Notes under the pieces: model-generated
Databases searched by the model: none
Told to the model about the DNA's origin: nothing
The model's input: the letters and a program-made list of their open reading frames with translations, nothing else
In this document: piece by piece, positions 23,944-33,719 of the stretch
How positions within the stretch are numbered: position 1 is the stretch's first letter
Layout: each line of letters opens with the position of its first letter
DNA from: a virus
Lineage: Duplodnaviria; Caudoviricetes
Strand: one strand, 5' to 3'
Length of the DNA: 33,990 nucleotides
IMG/VR virus record: IMGVR_UViG_3300007606_000015
Location: 1 to 33,990 of that record
Program-made: the position numbers and the translations under genes

Positions 23944-26255
23944 TAGTAAGTGTATGTTACGAGTGGAATGGTTGCATCACCAACGCCGTCAGAGATGAAT
24001 ATAGTAATCACATCACCAGATACAGGAGTAGTAACTAGAGTGCCAAATGCAGACATATAATTATAGGCACCAGTACCAGAACTGTCGTAGATACCGTTGA
24101 TGTATAATTTAAAGGTTACACCAGAGGCGTTAAGTTTATTGTAAAACCAGCCACCGCCTGTGTTCATAAACCCATAGTACGCATACCATCCGCCACCGCT
24201 TTCATAGTAGCCAGCCGATGACGAGGTCATCGTTACGATGTCCAAGTAATTCATCGCCCCGTTCAATCCGTTAGCCCCAGCAGGGCCAGTCGCAATCGCC
24301 GTTGTCTGGACGGTCGAGTCGCTAAAGGTGATCCCAGTAGCGTCCACAGTAATGCCGCTAGTAAAGGACGGGGCAGAAAGGTTTGCCTTGAGGTCTAGTT
24401 CACCCTGCAAATCCGTTTGCAATGAAAGCGTGCCAGTTATTGCACCCCAAGCAACGCCACCACCACCACCGCTGACTACAGCCCAAGTTCCGTTGTATCG
24501 AGCGTATTGATTACTGTCGCTAGGGGCGTCAGAAATGAAGCCAGACGGGTTAGTCTGGAGGTAGTAGGTTGAAGCCGCCGTTGCCGAGGTAAGGTAGGTC
24601 GATGCCGCCGTAGCCGAGGTAAGGTAACCTTGACCCTTTACATAAGCGGTCGTGGCGATGCTTGTATCATTGTCCGTAAGCAAAGGCGTTACCGCCCTAG
24701 CATCGCCCGTAAAGGTCGGGCTGGCGATGTTCGCCTTTAGGTTGTTTGCCGTCGTGACGAAGGCCGTGGTAGCGAGGGCCGTGGTCGAGTCGCCAGCCGT
24801 CTGGGTCGTGCCGATTGTGCCAGTCGGAAGGGTCGGGGTACCCGTAAAGGTCGGGGAAGCAAGGGGAGCAAACCCAGAGATAGAAGCCCCAGACGGAATG
24901 GTAACCGTTCCCGTAAAGGTCGGACTAGCCAGGGGTGCTTTGCCGCTTAAAGCCGTGTTGAGGTCAGTCTGTGACGAGAGCGTTCCCGTGATGGCACCCC
25001 AAGCCACCGAGGTCGCAGGGGTAACGCCGCCGACATTAACGACCCATGACGAATAGGTACCAGACCCCGTGTGATTGTTAATGTCCACGGTCAACACGCC
25101 CGTACCACTATTATAAGTCAACACCTCGCCATGCATATGGTTTAAGGAGTCGTACGAAATCGTGATGTTCTGGGTAGGCGTGTACGACAAGCCCGTTCCA
25201 ATCGTAAAAGTCTTGTTCCCGTTGCTTACGGTGTTGCTCGTAGTCGATGAAGTCAGATAACGATCTCCAATGACAGGAGTTTCCCAAGACAGGGCATAAT
25301 CCGTACCGCTGGTCTTGGTAAGGACTTGGCCAGTCGATCCACCTACAAGGACAGCCGCCGCAATAGGGGCGTAGGTAGCCGCCGCCGTAGCCGATGAAAT
25401 GCCAGCCGTTGTCTGGGTCGAAAGGTCTGGGAATACGATACCAACATTATTCAGCGTCAAACCAGCACCTAGCGTGTCGGTAAGAGAGATGTCAGCGGCG
25501 GTGATGTTGGTTACGAAAGACCCATCATTAAGTAGGTACTGACCAGATGTGAGTGAAGTATGTGTACCGACATCTAATTGGTAAAACTTTGGGGAGTAAG
25601 CCCAAGCCCCATCTTTACGAACATACCCGTATCCGTCAGAAGGGGCATCCGTGATGTAACCTTGACTGGTTACAAACGATTCCGTGGCGTAGCCAGTAAG
25701 GTCAGCCGATGTAAGGTAGTTCTGCGAGGTGACCCAAGATTCGGTGGCGTAGCCCGACAAGGCTGATACGGTGATATACCCCGCAGGGTTGGTAAGGGGG
25801 TAGTAAGTAGCCGCCGCCGTAGCCGAGGTAAGGTAGGGAGTAAGGGCAGAGATGGTAATGTACCCCTGCGAGGTTACGAAGGACTGGGTAGCATAGGACG
25901 ACAGGTCGATGCTGATGGTCTGGGTGCCAGAGTTGTAGGCTAGAGGTGCCGTGGCAAAGGCCACGCCGCTGTCGCCCGTGTCCCCCTTCTGGCCTTGAAT
26001 CCCTTGGATGCCCTGGATTCCTTGGATTCCTTGGATTCCTTGATCTCCACGGGGAATGGTGAAATCTAGGATGGCGGCGTAAGGCGTGCCAGCGTTGACC
26101 ACAAGGGCGTTGGAGCCTGGTGCCCCAGTCGTGGTACTGCCAACCGTCACGGTAGCCGAGATGGACGGCAAGGACGGGTTAATGACAACTACCGCTGGGA
26201 CTACTGGATTTACGGCGATGTTTGCCGCTTCGCAGATCGTAAGGGTGATAGCCAT
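23943..26255 (-). CDS. Tail fibre protein with collagen-like and internal repeats
   Basis: (GIQ)n collagen tract, repeated YATxSxVTSQ, TSATAA, ASPTFTG, VAWGAITGTLS, DAPSD modules; T/S/G-rich. Confidence 0.88.
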   Translation of the reverse strand: MAITLTICEAANIAVNPVVPAVVVINPSLPSISATVTVGSTTTGAPGSNALVVNAGTPYAAILDFTIPRGDQGIQGIQGIQGIQGIQGQKGDTGDSGVAFATAPLAYNSGTQTISIDLSSYATQSFVTSQGYITISALTPYLTSATAAATYYPLTNPAGYITVSALSGYATESWVTSQNYLTSADLTGYATESFVTSQGYITDAPSDGYGYVRKDGAWAYSPKFYQLDVGTHTSLTSGQYLLNDGSFVTNITAADISLTDTLGAGLTLNNVGIVFPDLSTQTTAGISSATAAATYAPIAAAVLVGGSTGQVLTKTSGTDYALSWETPVIGDRYLTSSTTSNTVSNGNKTFTIGTGLSYTPTQNITISYDSLNHMHGEVLTYNSGTGVLTVDINNHTGSGTYSSWVVNVGGVTPATSVAWGAITGTLSSQTDLNTALSGKAPLASPTFTGTVTIPSGASISGFAPLASPTFTGTPTLPTGTIGTTQTAGDSTTALATTAFVTTANNLKANIASPTFTGDARAVTPLLTDNDTSIATTAYVKGQGYLTSATAASTYLTSATAASTYYLQTNPSGFISDAPSDSNQYARYNGTWAVVSGGGGGVAWGAITGTLSLQTDLQGELDLKANLSAPSFTSGITVDATGITFSDSTVQTTAIATGPAGANGLNGAMNYLDIVTMTSSSAGYYESGGGWYAYYGFMNTGGGWFYNKLNASGVTFKLYINGIYDSSGTGAYNYMSAFGTLVTTPVSGDVITIFISDGVGDATIPLVTYTY
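25993..26048 (-). repeat. 9-bp tandem repeat encoding Gly-Ile-Gln collagen triplets
   Basis: CCTTGGATT-type units on the plus strand. Confidence 0.8.
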
Positions 26256-26578
26256 TAGGTATAGATGTTCTTGGTTACATTGTTAAGGATAACCACATTT
26301 ACCGTCTCCGAATAGATGGCGATCCCATTAGACACAAACAACATATCCATAAACCCCATGCCCCAATGCCAATCATCGGTATTGGCGTAAAACATCGAAA
26401 ACTCGGTTGGGCTGTCTTTGGTTACCACCAAGGGGTAATCGTTAAAACGGGAGTCACGAACTGTGCAATAAAGGTCGATGCCGTCCAAGTTGGCTGGGGC
26501 GGCAGGGCTGGACTGGGTATAAACCCCAGAAATCGTTAGGGTCGAACCCTTGGTAAAACTGAAGGTAGGAGTAGCCAT
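26255..26578 (-). CDS. Baseplate/tail-fibre attachment protein (BppU N-terminal-like)
   Basis: FTKGST, ANLDG, YSET.V.I pattern; directly upstream of fibre. Confidence 0.55.
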   Translation of the reverse strand: MATPTFSFTKGSTLTISGVYTQSSPAAPANLDGIDLYCTVRDSRFNDYPLVVTKDSPTEFSMFYANTDDWHWGMGFMDMLFVSNGIAIYSETVNVVILNNVTKNIYT

Positions 26579-26585
26579 AGGGCTT

Positions 26586-26605
26586 TGGAATTAGCCCAAT
26601 GTCAA
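26586..26605 (-). promoter_or_regulatory. Putative late promoter motif, copy 2 (TTGACA-ttgg-GCTAATT-cca)
   Basis: Motif match; TGA stop of upstream gene lies inside TTGACA. Confidence 0.65.
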
Positions 26606-27225
26606 CCTACCTCAAAGTCACCAGGAACGACCGAGATGTAGTTCCACCTGTTGGGTGCAAATACAATAAAGCCTATGGTAATCCTAAAGTCCCCACCTCC
26701 CAAGTCCTCGTACTTGTATGAGGTATAGGACGGCCCTGGGGGGGTAGAAGCCCAAGGGGTAATATACTGATTGGGTGGAAAAAAGTTAGGGTCGGTAGGG
26801 CTAGGGATGTAGTTAGCCGCCGTTAGGTTGTAGGTGTAGTTAAGGTAGGAATAGGTGGTGGTGGTATCCCACACCCCCCCGATATATGTAGTTACATCGG
26901 TCTGAAGTTCAGCCCTCATTTCTACCGCAAGACCTACCCACGGGGCATTGGCATAGTCACCCTCTAAAACGGTGATTTCAAAGCGTGGCGTATCAACCGT
27001 TTCGTAATCAGTTGGACTTGTATATGTGGTGACAGAATCCGTGTATGAGTTATAAACCGTAGCCGACCCACCAAGCATGAAACCTAATTGAGTTGGGCAA
27101 TCTGCCTTTAGGTTGGTAAAAACAGGGTCAACGATTCCTGCGTTATTAGTTCCGTCTCCGTTATATTGGTTTGTTTCTCCAATATAAAAAGGAGTCCTAC
27201 GCCACGGCTTGGTAATCTCGATCAT
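26602..27225 (-). CDS. Putative minor tail protein
   Basis: T/Y/P-rich 207 aa in tail operon. Confidence 0.65.
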   Translation of the reverse strand: MIEITKPWRRTPFYIGETNQYNGDGTNNAGIVDPVFTNLKADCPTQLGFMLGGSATVYNSYTDSVTTYTSPTDYETVDTPRFEITVLEGDYANAPWVGLAVEMRAELQTDVTTYIGGVWDTTTTYSYLNYTYNLTAANYIPSPTDPNFFPPNQYITPWASTPPGPSYTSYKYEDLGGGDFRITIGFIVFAPNRWNYISVVPGDFEVG

Positions 27226-27836
27226 ACACGGTAGTAATAATACGATGCCGTGTTGGGGGCGGAATACTTGTGACGCTCGGCGGTAAGGCTACCAGAGACA
27301 AGTTGATTAAGGCCAAAGGAGATGGTACCGCCCGTCCCAGAAGTAGCCGTTAGTACGGACAAGGCGATGTAACCTTCGGTGTCCGTGTCGGTAGTAGGGT
27401 AAGCAATCACCACAATCTCCGAATTAATTAACGGGAAGAAGGCTGGGGCTGGGTCTGCCTTGCACTTGATGGCCACTACATATGTTCCAGCGGATAAGGG
27501 GGCCGTGAGGGGAGTATAGACGCCCGTCATAATAGTCCCGTTGATAAGTGGGATGACGCTATTGACCGACCCTGCTGATACACGCACTACGGTTATTCCA
27601 TCTACTGAATCAAGAAATACCGTGAACGGTGGATAAGACTGAACGCTTACAACTTCCTGTGAACTACTGTATGCAACGCCATTATTGGATGACCTAAAAT
27701 CAATGCCCTGGGACATCATAGTGGACGCCCTGTCCACAGCGATGGCCATGCGGTTCATGGCTCCAGCCGAGATAGGTTGTCCCGTACCAAACGAACCGTA
27801 GGTAGATGAATTAAATCCTCCGATTGAGCGTGGCAT
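27222..27836 (-). CDS. Putative minor tail protein
   Basis: GQPISAGAMNRM motif, beta-rich, tail operon. Confidence 0.65.
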   Translation of the reverse strand: MPRSIGGFNSSTYGSFGTGQPISAGAMNRMAIAVDRASTMMSQGIDFRSSNNGVAYSSSQEVVSVQSYPPFTVFLDSVDGITVVRVSAGSVNSVIPLINGTIMTGVYTPLTAPLSAGTYVVAIKCKADPAPAFFPLINSEIVVIAYPTTDTDTEGYIALSVLTATSGTGGTISFGLNQLVSGSLTAERHKYSAPNTASYYYYRV

Positions 27837-28774
27837 TATCCTAAAGAACTGTCGATATAGACATCCTTATCCCAGCCGCCAAGACCAGAAAGCATGAGGT
27901 CAGCGGTCACCTTCCAGAGTGCCCCAAAACGCTCGACTGACGCATTGGTAACAAGGAAAGATTTATGGATTTTTTCAGTCCAAGGATCGGTGTAATTAAA
28001 GGTACCAGCATATGGGCTAGAACTATACGCAAAAGCCTTGTATGCTTCTGGCAAGTAATAAGCACCACCGTTTGTGACAAACCCAACAATGGAGGCACGA
28101 TCTAATGCTTGTTCTTCTTCCGTGAAGTAAATAAGCACACGAAGCGTCATCTGCGGCTTGTAATAGGATTTGATTCCAGCCTTCAGATTTGGGGTTTCAT
28201 CGGTTGGGTCTTGATTGGGCAAGAAACCGATGAACTGACAGTTATTGATAAGGCCACCCCCAGCCACCTTTGGAGTCCACGCCGCACGATTTGGGTTGGT
28301 GGTAAGGTTGCTGTCAAAACCACCAAGGGCAGGCGGGTGTCCAGCAAGTGGTGGTACATCGCCCCAGTTTAGGGCATTTATAGTAATAAAGTTTGGGTGG
28401 GCTTGGATGCTCTCTGCCGCCGCCGCACCAGTCATCATAATCTGTGGGTCGCTGTAACCACGGCCATTATAATCAGTTCCAGACTCGCCACCACCATTGG
28501 TAGCAAGTCCGCAGTATTCTGCCACGATGCTTACGACCTGTCCCTTTTCCTCGGTCATCGTTGCCTTAAACAACTTGAGTTGCGAGTAATCGTCAGAAGG
28601 GTGGGAACGGCCACGATGGAACCAGTTGGGAAACTGTGCGGTGTAAATCTTCGCCCACTTAAACTTGACGGTGGACTGAAGCATACCAAAGCCGTCCGAG
28701 TCCACAGACCATCCTGGCTGAACTACTGGTGATTCCAGATCGTTCCCGTATTTGATAGAAGTGTCGATTGGCAT
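27836..28774 (-). CDS. Putative tail tip/hub protein
   Basis: Immediately after tape measure; ESIQAHPNF; 312 aa. Confidence 0.65.
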   Translation of the reverse strand: MPIDTSIKYGNDLESPVVQPGWSVDSDGFGMLQSTVKFKWAKIYTAQFPNWFHRGRSHPSDDYSQLKLFKATMTEEKGQVVSIVAEYCGLATNGGGESGTDYNGRGYSDPQIMMTGAAAAESIQAHPNFITINALNWGDVPPLAGHPPALGGFDSNLTTNPNRAAWTPKVAGGGLINNCQFIGFLPNQDPTDETPNLKAGIKSYYKPQMTLRVLIYFTEEEQALDRASIVGFVTNGGAYYLPEAYKAFAYSSSPYAGTFNYTDPWTEKIHKSFLVTNASVERFGALWKVTADLMLSGLGGWDKDVYIDSSLG

Positions 28775-28777
28775 AGA

Positions 28778-29950
28778 TTAGTATCCGAGTGCGGTGTTGC
28801 GGTAGATTTGGATTTCCTCTTTTGGGGTAGCCAACTGGGGAGTGGTATTTTCCGCAGTCTGTTCCGTGGCTGTTGCGATGCGTTCCAAGGGAGTAAAGGC
28901 TATGGCTGAAACGATGTCGCCGCCGCCCATCTGCTGGAGCGATGATGCACCTTGGGCTTCGGACAGGCCAAGCGGAGAGAGTTTCTTGCCATCGGCACCG
29001 CCTTGAAGTTCTTTGATTCTGTCCAAAAAGATTTTCTTTTCATCAGCATCCATAGAATACCTCCAGGCCAAATCATCGTAATATGCTTCATCTTCCTCTT
29101 TTGTATGACCACTTGAGCGATTTTTGTATGTGGCTTCGGCGGCATCCTTTAACATTTGTCCACGATCAACAAACCATCCTTTAAAGTTGTACCAAACGCT
29201 GTTCGCAAAATTATCAATAGCATCAGCAAGTCCTTCCCCCAGGTTGTGCATAGTCCCCACAATGTCGATAAATGCCGATTCAAGAATGGCACCAACCCGT
29301 GTCATCATATCTGCAAAACGAGCCGAACCACGGGCATTTTCTTCTTCGGCTGTTGCAACATTACCCAACTGTTTCTTTAGTTCTCCAGAACCCTGCTTGA
29401 CCAAGGGAAGCATCTGCTCGAAAGACGAGCCGAATAACTGCGTGCCATAGTGCATCAAGGTGGCGTTATCTGTACCAGCCTTATGTGCATCGGCAAGTGC
29501 GTAAAGTGCATCTTCGTATCTTAAACTTTCCTTACCAATGTCCTTTAGTCCAAAGCCCAACTTTGTAAGTGCAGAATTGGCCTCGGAACCCTTGATCTTG
29601 GCTTCGCCCATCTTCTTGTTGAACTCGGCCATCGAGTGCGAAAGCGTGGACAGGCTCATGCCAGAGTTCTGTGCCACTACATTCCATTTTTGGAGTTGCT
29701 CGGTCGGCATACCAGTAGCCACGGACATATTGCGAAGTTCACGGGCCTTCTCCGCATACTTCAACATGAAGTCAAAGATAGGCGTAATTGCCGACATTAA
29801 CATCTGGCCGATACCGTACGCACGACCAAGGATGGACGCAAAGGAAGTGGATTGCGTGGACGCCTTACTGCCTTGCTTGGATACATCCTGCAAACCCTTT
29901 TCCAACTGGGTGGTATCTGCACCGACTGTGACTACGATTTCAGAGGCCAT
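28778..29950 (-). CDS. Tail tape measure protein
   Basis: V.VGADTTQLEKGL start, helical A/L/S-rich, TGMPTEQLQKW, SSLQQMGGG near C-terminus; canonical position. Confidence 0.85.
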   Translation of the reverse strand: MASEIVVTVGADTTQLEKGLQDVSKQGSKASTQSTSFASILGRAYGIGQMLMSAITPIFDFMLKYAEKARELRNMSVATGMPTEQLQKWNVVAQNSGMSLSTLSHSMAEFNKKMGEAKIKGSEANSALTKLGFGLKDIGKESLRYEDALYALADAHKAGTDNATLMHYGTQLFGSSFEQMLPLVKQGSGELKKQLGNVATAEEENARGSARFADMMTRVGAILESAFIDIVGTMHNLGEGLADAIDNFANSVWYNFKGWFVDRGQMLKDAAEATYKNRSSGHTKEEDEAYYDDLAWRYSMDADEKKIFLDRIKELQGGADGKKLSPLGLSEAQGASSLQQMGGGDIVSAIAFTPLERIATATEQTAENTTPQLATPKEEIQIYRNTALGY

Positions 29951-30534
29951 TAGTTTCTAGGAGTTGCTTCTTTAAAGCGGTTGATGATGCTGTCGAACTT
30001 ATCGAGCATATCTTCGTCATCGGTCGATAGGACATCAATCTTGGAACCGTTGTAGATGGCGTGGGAAATGGACATCCATACGGCTTCACCTTCGGGCATT
30101 GTCCATGATTCTTCAAGCGTACAACCGTTCCGAACATTGTTTGCCACACAAGACAGCACCCACGGGATGTTCTCCTTATTCACGCCCTTCTCCTTTGACC
30201 ACATTTTGGGGTAAGAGCAAGACTCTGTGATAACACCAATAATGCGTCCAACTTCACGGGCCAACTTATTTCTATTGGAGTTAAGCACGATCATATGCCA
30301 TTTCTCCATGAAGTTGATTGGTGCGTTGATGCCTTTCTTTTCGTAAGTTGATAGTATTCTTACGGCCTTGATTACATCGGTGGCTGTAAATCCACGCTTG
30401 CCGATGTCCAGGAAAGGGCTGTCGATGGCCATAAGCATCATGCGATGCCGTAGGCAGAAAGGAAGCAACCGCTTCCCGCAGACTTTTACATCCGAGGGAA
30501 GCGTGGTCGTGGCCTTGAGGTAACGAGCATCCAT
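29950..30534 (-). CDS. Tail assembly chaperone (putative)
   Basis: Between tail tube and tape measure. Confidence 0.6.
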   Translation of the reverse strand: MDARYLKATTTLPSDVKVCGKRLLPFCLRHRMMLMAIDSPFLDIGKRGFTATDVIKAVRILSTYEKKGINAPINFMEKWHMIVLNSNRNKLAREVGRIIGVITESCSYPKMWSKEKGVNKENIPWVLSCVANNVRNGCTLEESWTMPEGEAVWMSISHAIYNGSKIDVLSTDDEDMLDKFDSIINRFKEATPRN

Positions 30535-30551
30535 TCGTGGATGCCGCCTCT

Positions 30552-30896
30552 TTAGGCGATTTCCTGGTACTTGATACCTTTTACGGTGACCTTACGGTAG
30601 TCCTTGTTGGAACCTTTGTCGTCAATCGACTTGAGGATATATTGGACACCATCATAGGTAAACTGAACGCCGTTTGTAGGAATTGAGGCAGACTCTTTCA
30701 GAACGCCGTCAAGGGTAACTTCGTTGCGGCGGTCATCAAGGTGATCGGTAATCGTGCGGCCATCTTCGTCTGCGACTTCAACATCAAGTGCGAATGACTG
30801 GGAAATGTCATCAGACTGGACGACCATATAGGTGATGGAAGTCTTGTCACGAAGCCCGTAAAAAAGGGCTACACCGTATTCGATAGCGATTGCCAT
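30552..30896 (-). CDS. Tail tube protein (putative)
   Basis: 114-aa beta-rich protein in tube position, with its own motif upstream. Confidence 0.6.
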   Translation of the reverse strand: MAIAIEYGVALFYGLRDKTSITYMVVQSDDISQSFALDVEVADEDGRTITDHLDDRRNEVTLDGVLKESASIPTNGVQFTYDGVQYILKSIDDKGSNKDYRKVTVKGIKYQEIA

Positions 30897-30906
30897 AGTT
30901 GTTCTT

Positions 30907-30926
30907 TGGAATTAGCGAGGTGTCAA
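30907..30926 (-). promoter_or_regulatory. Putative late promoter motif, copy 3 (TTGACA-cctc-GCTAATT-cca)
   Basis: Motif match; overlaps upstream TGA stop. Confidence 0.65.
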
Positions 30927-31363
30927 GGGGCGGGGGGTAGCATAACAAATACGGTGTATTCAATCAAATTGCCGTACTTACGCTGGTGCATACCCTCCTC
31001 GTCCTGGTTAACCCAAAGGTCGTACAGGATGCCATCCGTAGATAGCGTCCAAAGAGCCTTTAAAGCAGAGGTGTCCGACATAAGGTTTTGGACGCTTTGG
31101 ACACGGGTGCGGTGCTGATCGAGGGTTTCGTCATCGGCGGACGAATAGACCCCGATTTCAAGGGTTACGGTGTAATTACCAAATGGGTGGCTACCAAGGG
31201 CATCAACGGCCTTGGATGCCTTGGCGTAGGCCGTAACCAAAGGGATAACCTTAATTTCTGGAGTAATGCCCTTGTGGACGGCAACGCCCGTAAGGTTGGC
31301 CGTAAGGTAGGCGGAAACCTTTTCCTCTACGATTGTACGGGCGGAATAGAATGGGATGCTCAT
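30923..31363 (-). CDS. Tail terminator/completion protein (putative)
   Basis: Start moved to ACC-ATG 31363 (MSIPFYS); position before tail tube. Confidence 0.6.
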   Translation of the reverse strand: MSIPFYSARTIVEEKVSAYLTANLTGVAVHKGITPEIKVIPLVTAYAKASKAVDALGSHPFGNYTVTLEIGVYSSADDETLDQHRTRVQSVQNLMSDTSALKALWTLSTDGILYDLWVNQDEEGMHQRKYGNLIEYTVFVMLPPAP

Positions 31364-31365
31364 GG

Positions 31366-32328
31366 TTAAACTTGGGTAAGGGTAAAGCCTTTTTGTAGTT
31401 TCTGGGTAATCTGAAGAAGCGTGCCGTGGTTCTTGGAACCCTTTAGGGCGTGGAGCATCTTCTCCCGCATGGCGAAGCCACGGTGGTTCCAAGCCTTTTG
31501 GAACAGGTGCCAGCCTTGTGAATGGTCACGGGCGATGGCGTTGCCGATCTTCACCTTGGGTTTTGTGCCAGTAAGTTGTGGTTGGCAAATAGCGTTGGAT
31601 GAGCCTTGTCCAGAAACCCATTGAGCCGTAGGCATGAAGCCAAGTTTAAGGCCAGCGTGATACCAGCCAGCCTTCAGTTTACCTACACGCTTTTGAACCT
31701 TTTTGATGTAATCTTCGACTAAATTGAAGTTGGCTGTAAAGTTTGTAGGTTTCCTGTTTTTGTTTACAAAATAATTTGGTTTCCCACGAATATGCTCATG
31801 AACCGATTGAATACTTCCTGGCGTATCATAATCGGAAACTTTTGCAAAACCAGACATTTGGTTCTGTTGTGCGTGTCTTTGCTTAAAGTTATCAAAGTCA
31901 GCCTGGGTTACCACCATGCCGTTTAAGTGGAAAACACGGAAAATCCATGAAGGCTCATGAGGGGGGGGCAACTTTTCTTTAAGTCTAATCCATTTATCAA
32001 AGATTCCAAGGTCGCCACGGCTGGCCACTAGAGCGTAGGGAGCCTGGGCAAGCGGGGCAAAAATCCTGCGGACATCACGGCTTACGGCGGCACGACCCTT
32101 ATCACGGGCTTTATTGCCGAATCCGCCTTCGCCGCCCTTGCTGATAGTGGGTGCAGAACCAGAAAACGGTGGGGTGAAGTCGCAAGCGTCACGGGCAAGC
32201 AAGCGTGCCTCGTTTTTGACCACATCGGCCATAGTCTTACGCATTACTTGGCAATAGAGTGCCACATGGGTATGATACAGGTCGGTGTTCATGTGAACAT
32301 TCCGAGCCGTACTGATTTGAATAGCCAT
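31366..32328 (-). CDS. Neck/tail completion protein (HK97 gp10-like, putative)
   Basis: Basic protein, FTPP and VGKLKAGW motifs; start 32328 by TAATG coupling. Confidence 0.6.
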   Translation of the reverse strand: MAIQISTARNVHMNTDLYHTHVALYCQVMRKTMADVVKNEARLLARDACDFTPPFSGSAPTISKGGEGGFGNKARDKGRAAVSRDVRRIFAPLAQAPYALVASRGDLGIFDKWIRLKEKLPPPHEPSWIFRVFHLNGMVVTQADFDNFKQRHAQQNQMSGFAKVSDYDTPGSIQSVHEHIRGKPNYFVNKNRKPTNFTANFNLVEDYIKKVQKRVGKLKAGWYHAGLKLGFMPTAQWVSGQGSSNAICQPQLTGTKPKVKIGNAIARDHSQGWHLFQKAWNHRGFAMREKMLHALKGSKNHGTLLQITQKLQKGFTLTQV

Positions 32329-32666
32329 TACTGAACCAGCGTCTGCACCTTGCAGATCACCCAAGCCGAAGGGGGTCGGTCGGTGACCGTCATGATGCGA
32401 TACTGCTCTCCGTTGAAGGCGATGATGTTACCAAAGGCTACAAGGCCAGGATGGGCGGCGGCTTGAACCCGCAGGATTTTGACATCGTACGAGGTTGAGG
32501 AGGTGAAACCACCCGTTTCCAAGTCCTGCATCACGGCAGGCTGGCTCATTAGAGCATTAAAGGCCACGGGCGTGCCTCCTGGGACGCTTTTGACGGTTAC
32601 CGACTTGGGAATCTCCCCAAGGATTTCAAGGGCGTCTGCGGCCCATTCTGAAGGTAAGTCAGCCAT
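32328..32666 (-). CDS. Head-tail adaptor/closure protein (gpFII-like)
   Basis: 112 aa, G.II.FNGEQYRI beta pattern, directly after capsid gene. Confidence 0.65.
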   Translation of the reverse strand: MADLPSEWAADALEILGEIPKSVTVKSVPGGTPVAFNALMSQPAVMQDLETGGFTSSTSYDVKILRVQAAAHPGLVAFGNIIAFNGEQYRIMTVTDRPPSAWVICKVQTLVQ

Positions 32667-32687
32667 CTGTAATTAGCGGACTGTCAA
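32667..32687 (-). promoter_or_regulatory. Putative late promoter motif, copy 4 (TTGACA-gtcc-GCTAATT-acag-ATG)
   Basis: Motif match, abutting the capsid terminator. Confidence 0.65.
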
Positions 32688-32725
32688 CAAAAGGAGAAGC
32701 CCACCCCCGTGGGGATGGGCCTCTC
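32686..32725 (-). terminator. Intrinsic terminator after major capsid gene
   Basis: 14-bp stem GAGAGGCCCATCCC/GGGGTGGGCTTCTC with two G-U pairs, 4-nt loop, then CTTTTGTT. Confidence 0.8.
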
Positions 32726-32774
32726 GGCATTTTCGCTGGTGGAGGCTGTTAACGGCCTCCTAAATCCCCACCTA

Positions 32775-33686
32775 TTAGGTGAAGATGATACGCTGGAGAG
32801 CCGCAGGGTTACCGACAGCCGTACCCTGGAGCCAGACGGCCTGCATATTGTGCGTGCCCATCTGCCAGTTGTAGAAGTAACGGAGAGCGAAGGTAAAGCC
32901 GCTTTCTGGGTCGGTCACATTCATCTGTTCGCCACCGCCCGTGGTCGGGCTGGCAGGAACACGGGTGACGATGACCAAGCCTTCCTTGCAGGAAGCGATA
33001 CCGTTCAGACCTTCCGAGGAAGGGGTGCCTAGGCCGCTGAAACCATTGAACTCGCTGACGCCGAAGCCGTGGAGTTTCTTGTCGATGGCGTTGTTCTGGA
33101 TAACATCCGAAACACCGTACGAGAAGGTCTGGGCAACGGAAGGGTCTTGGACGAGTTGACCGAGAGCATCGGGCGACAGGAGAAGGTGACGATCGTTGTG
33201 AGGCAAGTTAGCCTTCGTGAGCGAGGTAGCGGCGGCGGCAACCGAAGTACGAGCAAACGAACCGATAGCACCGTTGTAAGCCTTGGTAGCAAAAGCGGCG
33301 TTGGTCACCTTGCCGAGAACTGCGTTGTAAAGCGACAACTGGATGGCGTTGGCCATAGGAGCCATGAACAGACGGCGGAGGCGTTCCAGCGAGAGCGTGG
33401 AGGCTTCGAAGTCCGTGAATGCAACATCGACATAATCGGGTTCTTCAAGGGTGATGGCCACATCGGTCGAGGTAGCGGCGGTTGGGACGAAACCGTTAGC
33501 GGGGTTATACTTCGTGGAAGTAAACGAACCAGCGTAGCGGGTGTGAACGGTGGAGCCTCGTTCAGCGACATAGGAACCGAAGTCCGTAACGGCGATCTTG
33601 GTCAGCGGTACGAGTTCGGGGACGAGCGTGCGGAGGGATTCTTCCGCAACGAGTTGGAGCGTTAAGCCACCAATGGAGTTGGACAT
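32775..33686 (-). CDS. Major capsid protein (HK97 fold)
   Basis: 303 aa, GSTVH, LLLSPD, KLHGFGV-type motifs; followed by terminator and neck genes. Confidence 0.85.
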   Translation of the reverse strand: MSNSIGGLTLQLVAEESLRTLVPELVPLTKIAVTDFGSYVAERGSTVHTRYAGSFTSTKYNPANGFVPTAATSTDVAITLEEPDYVDVAFTDFEASTLSLERLRRLFMAPMANAIQLSLYNAVLGKVTNAAFATKAYNGAIGSFARTSVAAAATSLTKANLPHNDRHLLLSPDALGQLVQDPSVAQTFSYGVSDVIQNNAIDKKLHGFGVSEFNGFSGLGTPSSEGLNGIASCKEGLVIVTRVPASPTTGGGEQMNVTDPESGFTFALRYFYNWQMGTHNMQAVWLQGTAVGNPAALQRIIFT

Positions 33687-33719
33687 ATTAGTATATTACG
33701 GGGTTAAGGTTAAGGAAAA

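Noticed and set aside
29950-30534. Programmed frameshift in tail chaperone (lambda G/GT type)
   Set aside because: A single ORF runs directly into the tape measure start; no second frame is needed and I identified no slippery site
30907-30926. Late motif as a sigma54 promoter
   Set aside because: Lacks the GG-N10-GC spacing of TGGCAC-N5-TTGC
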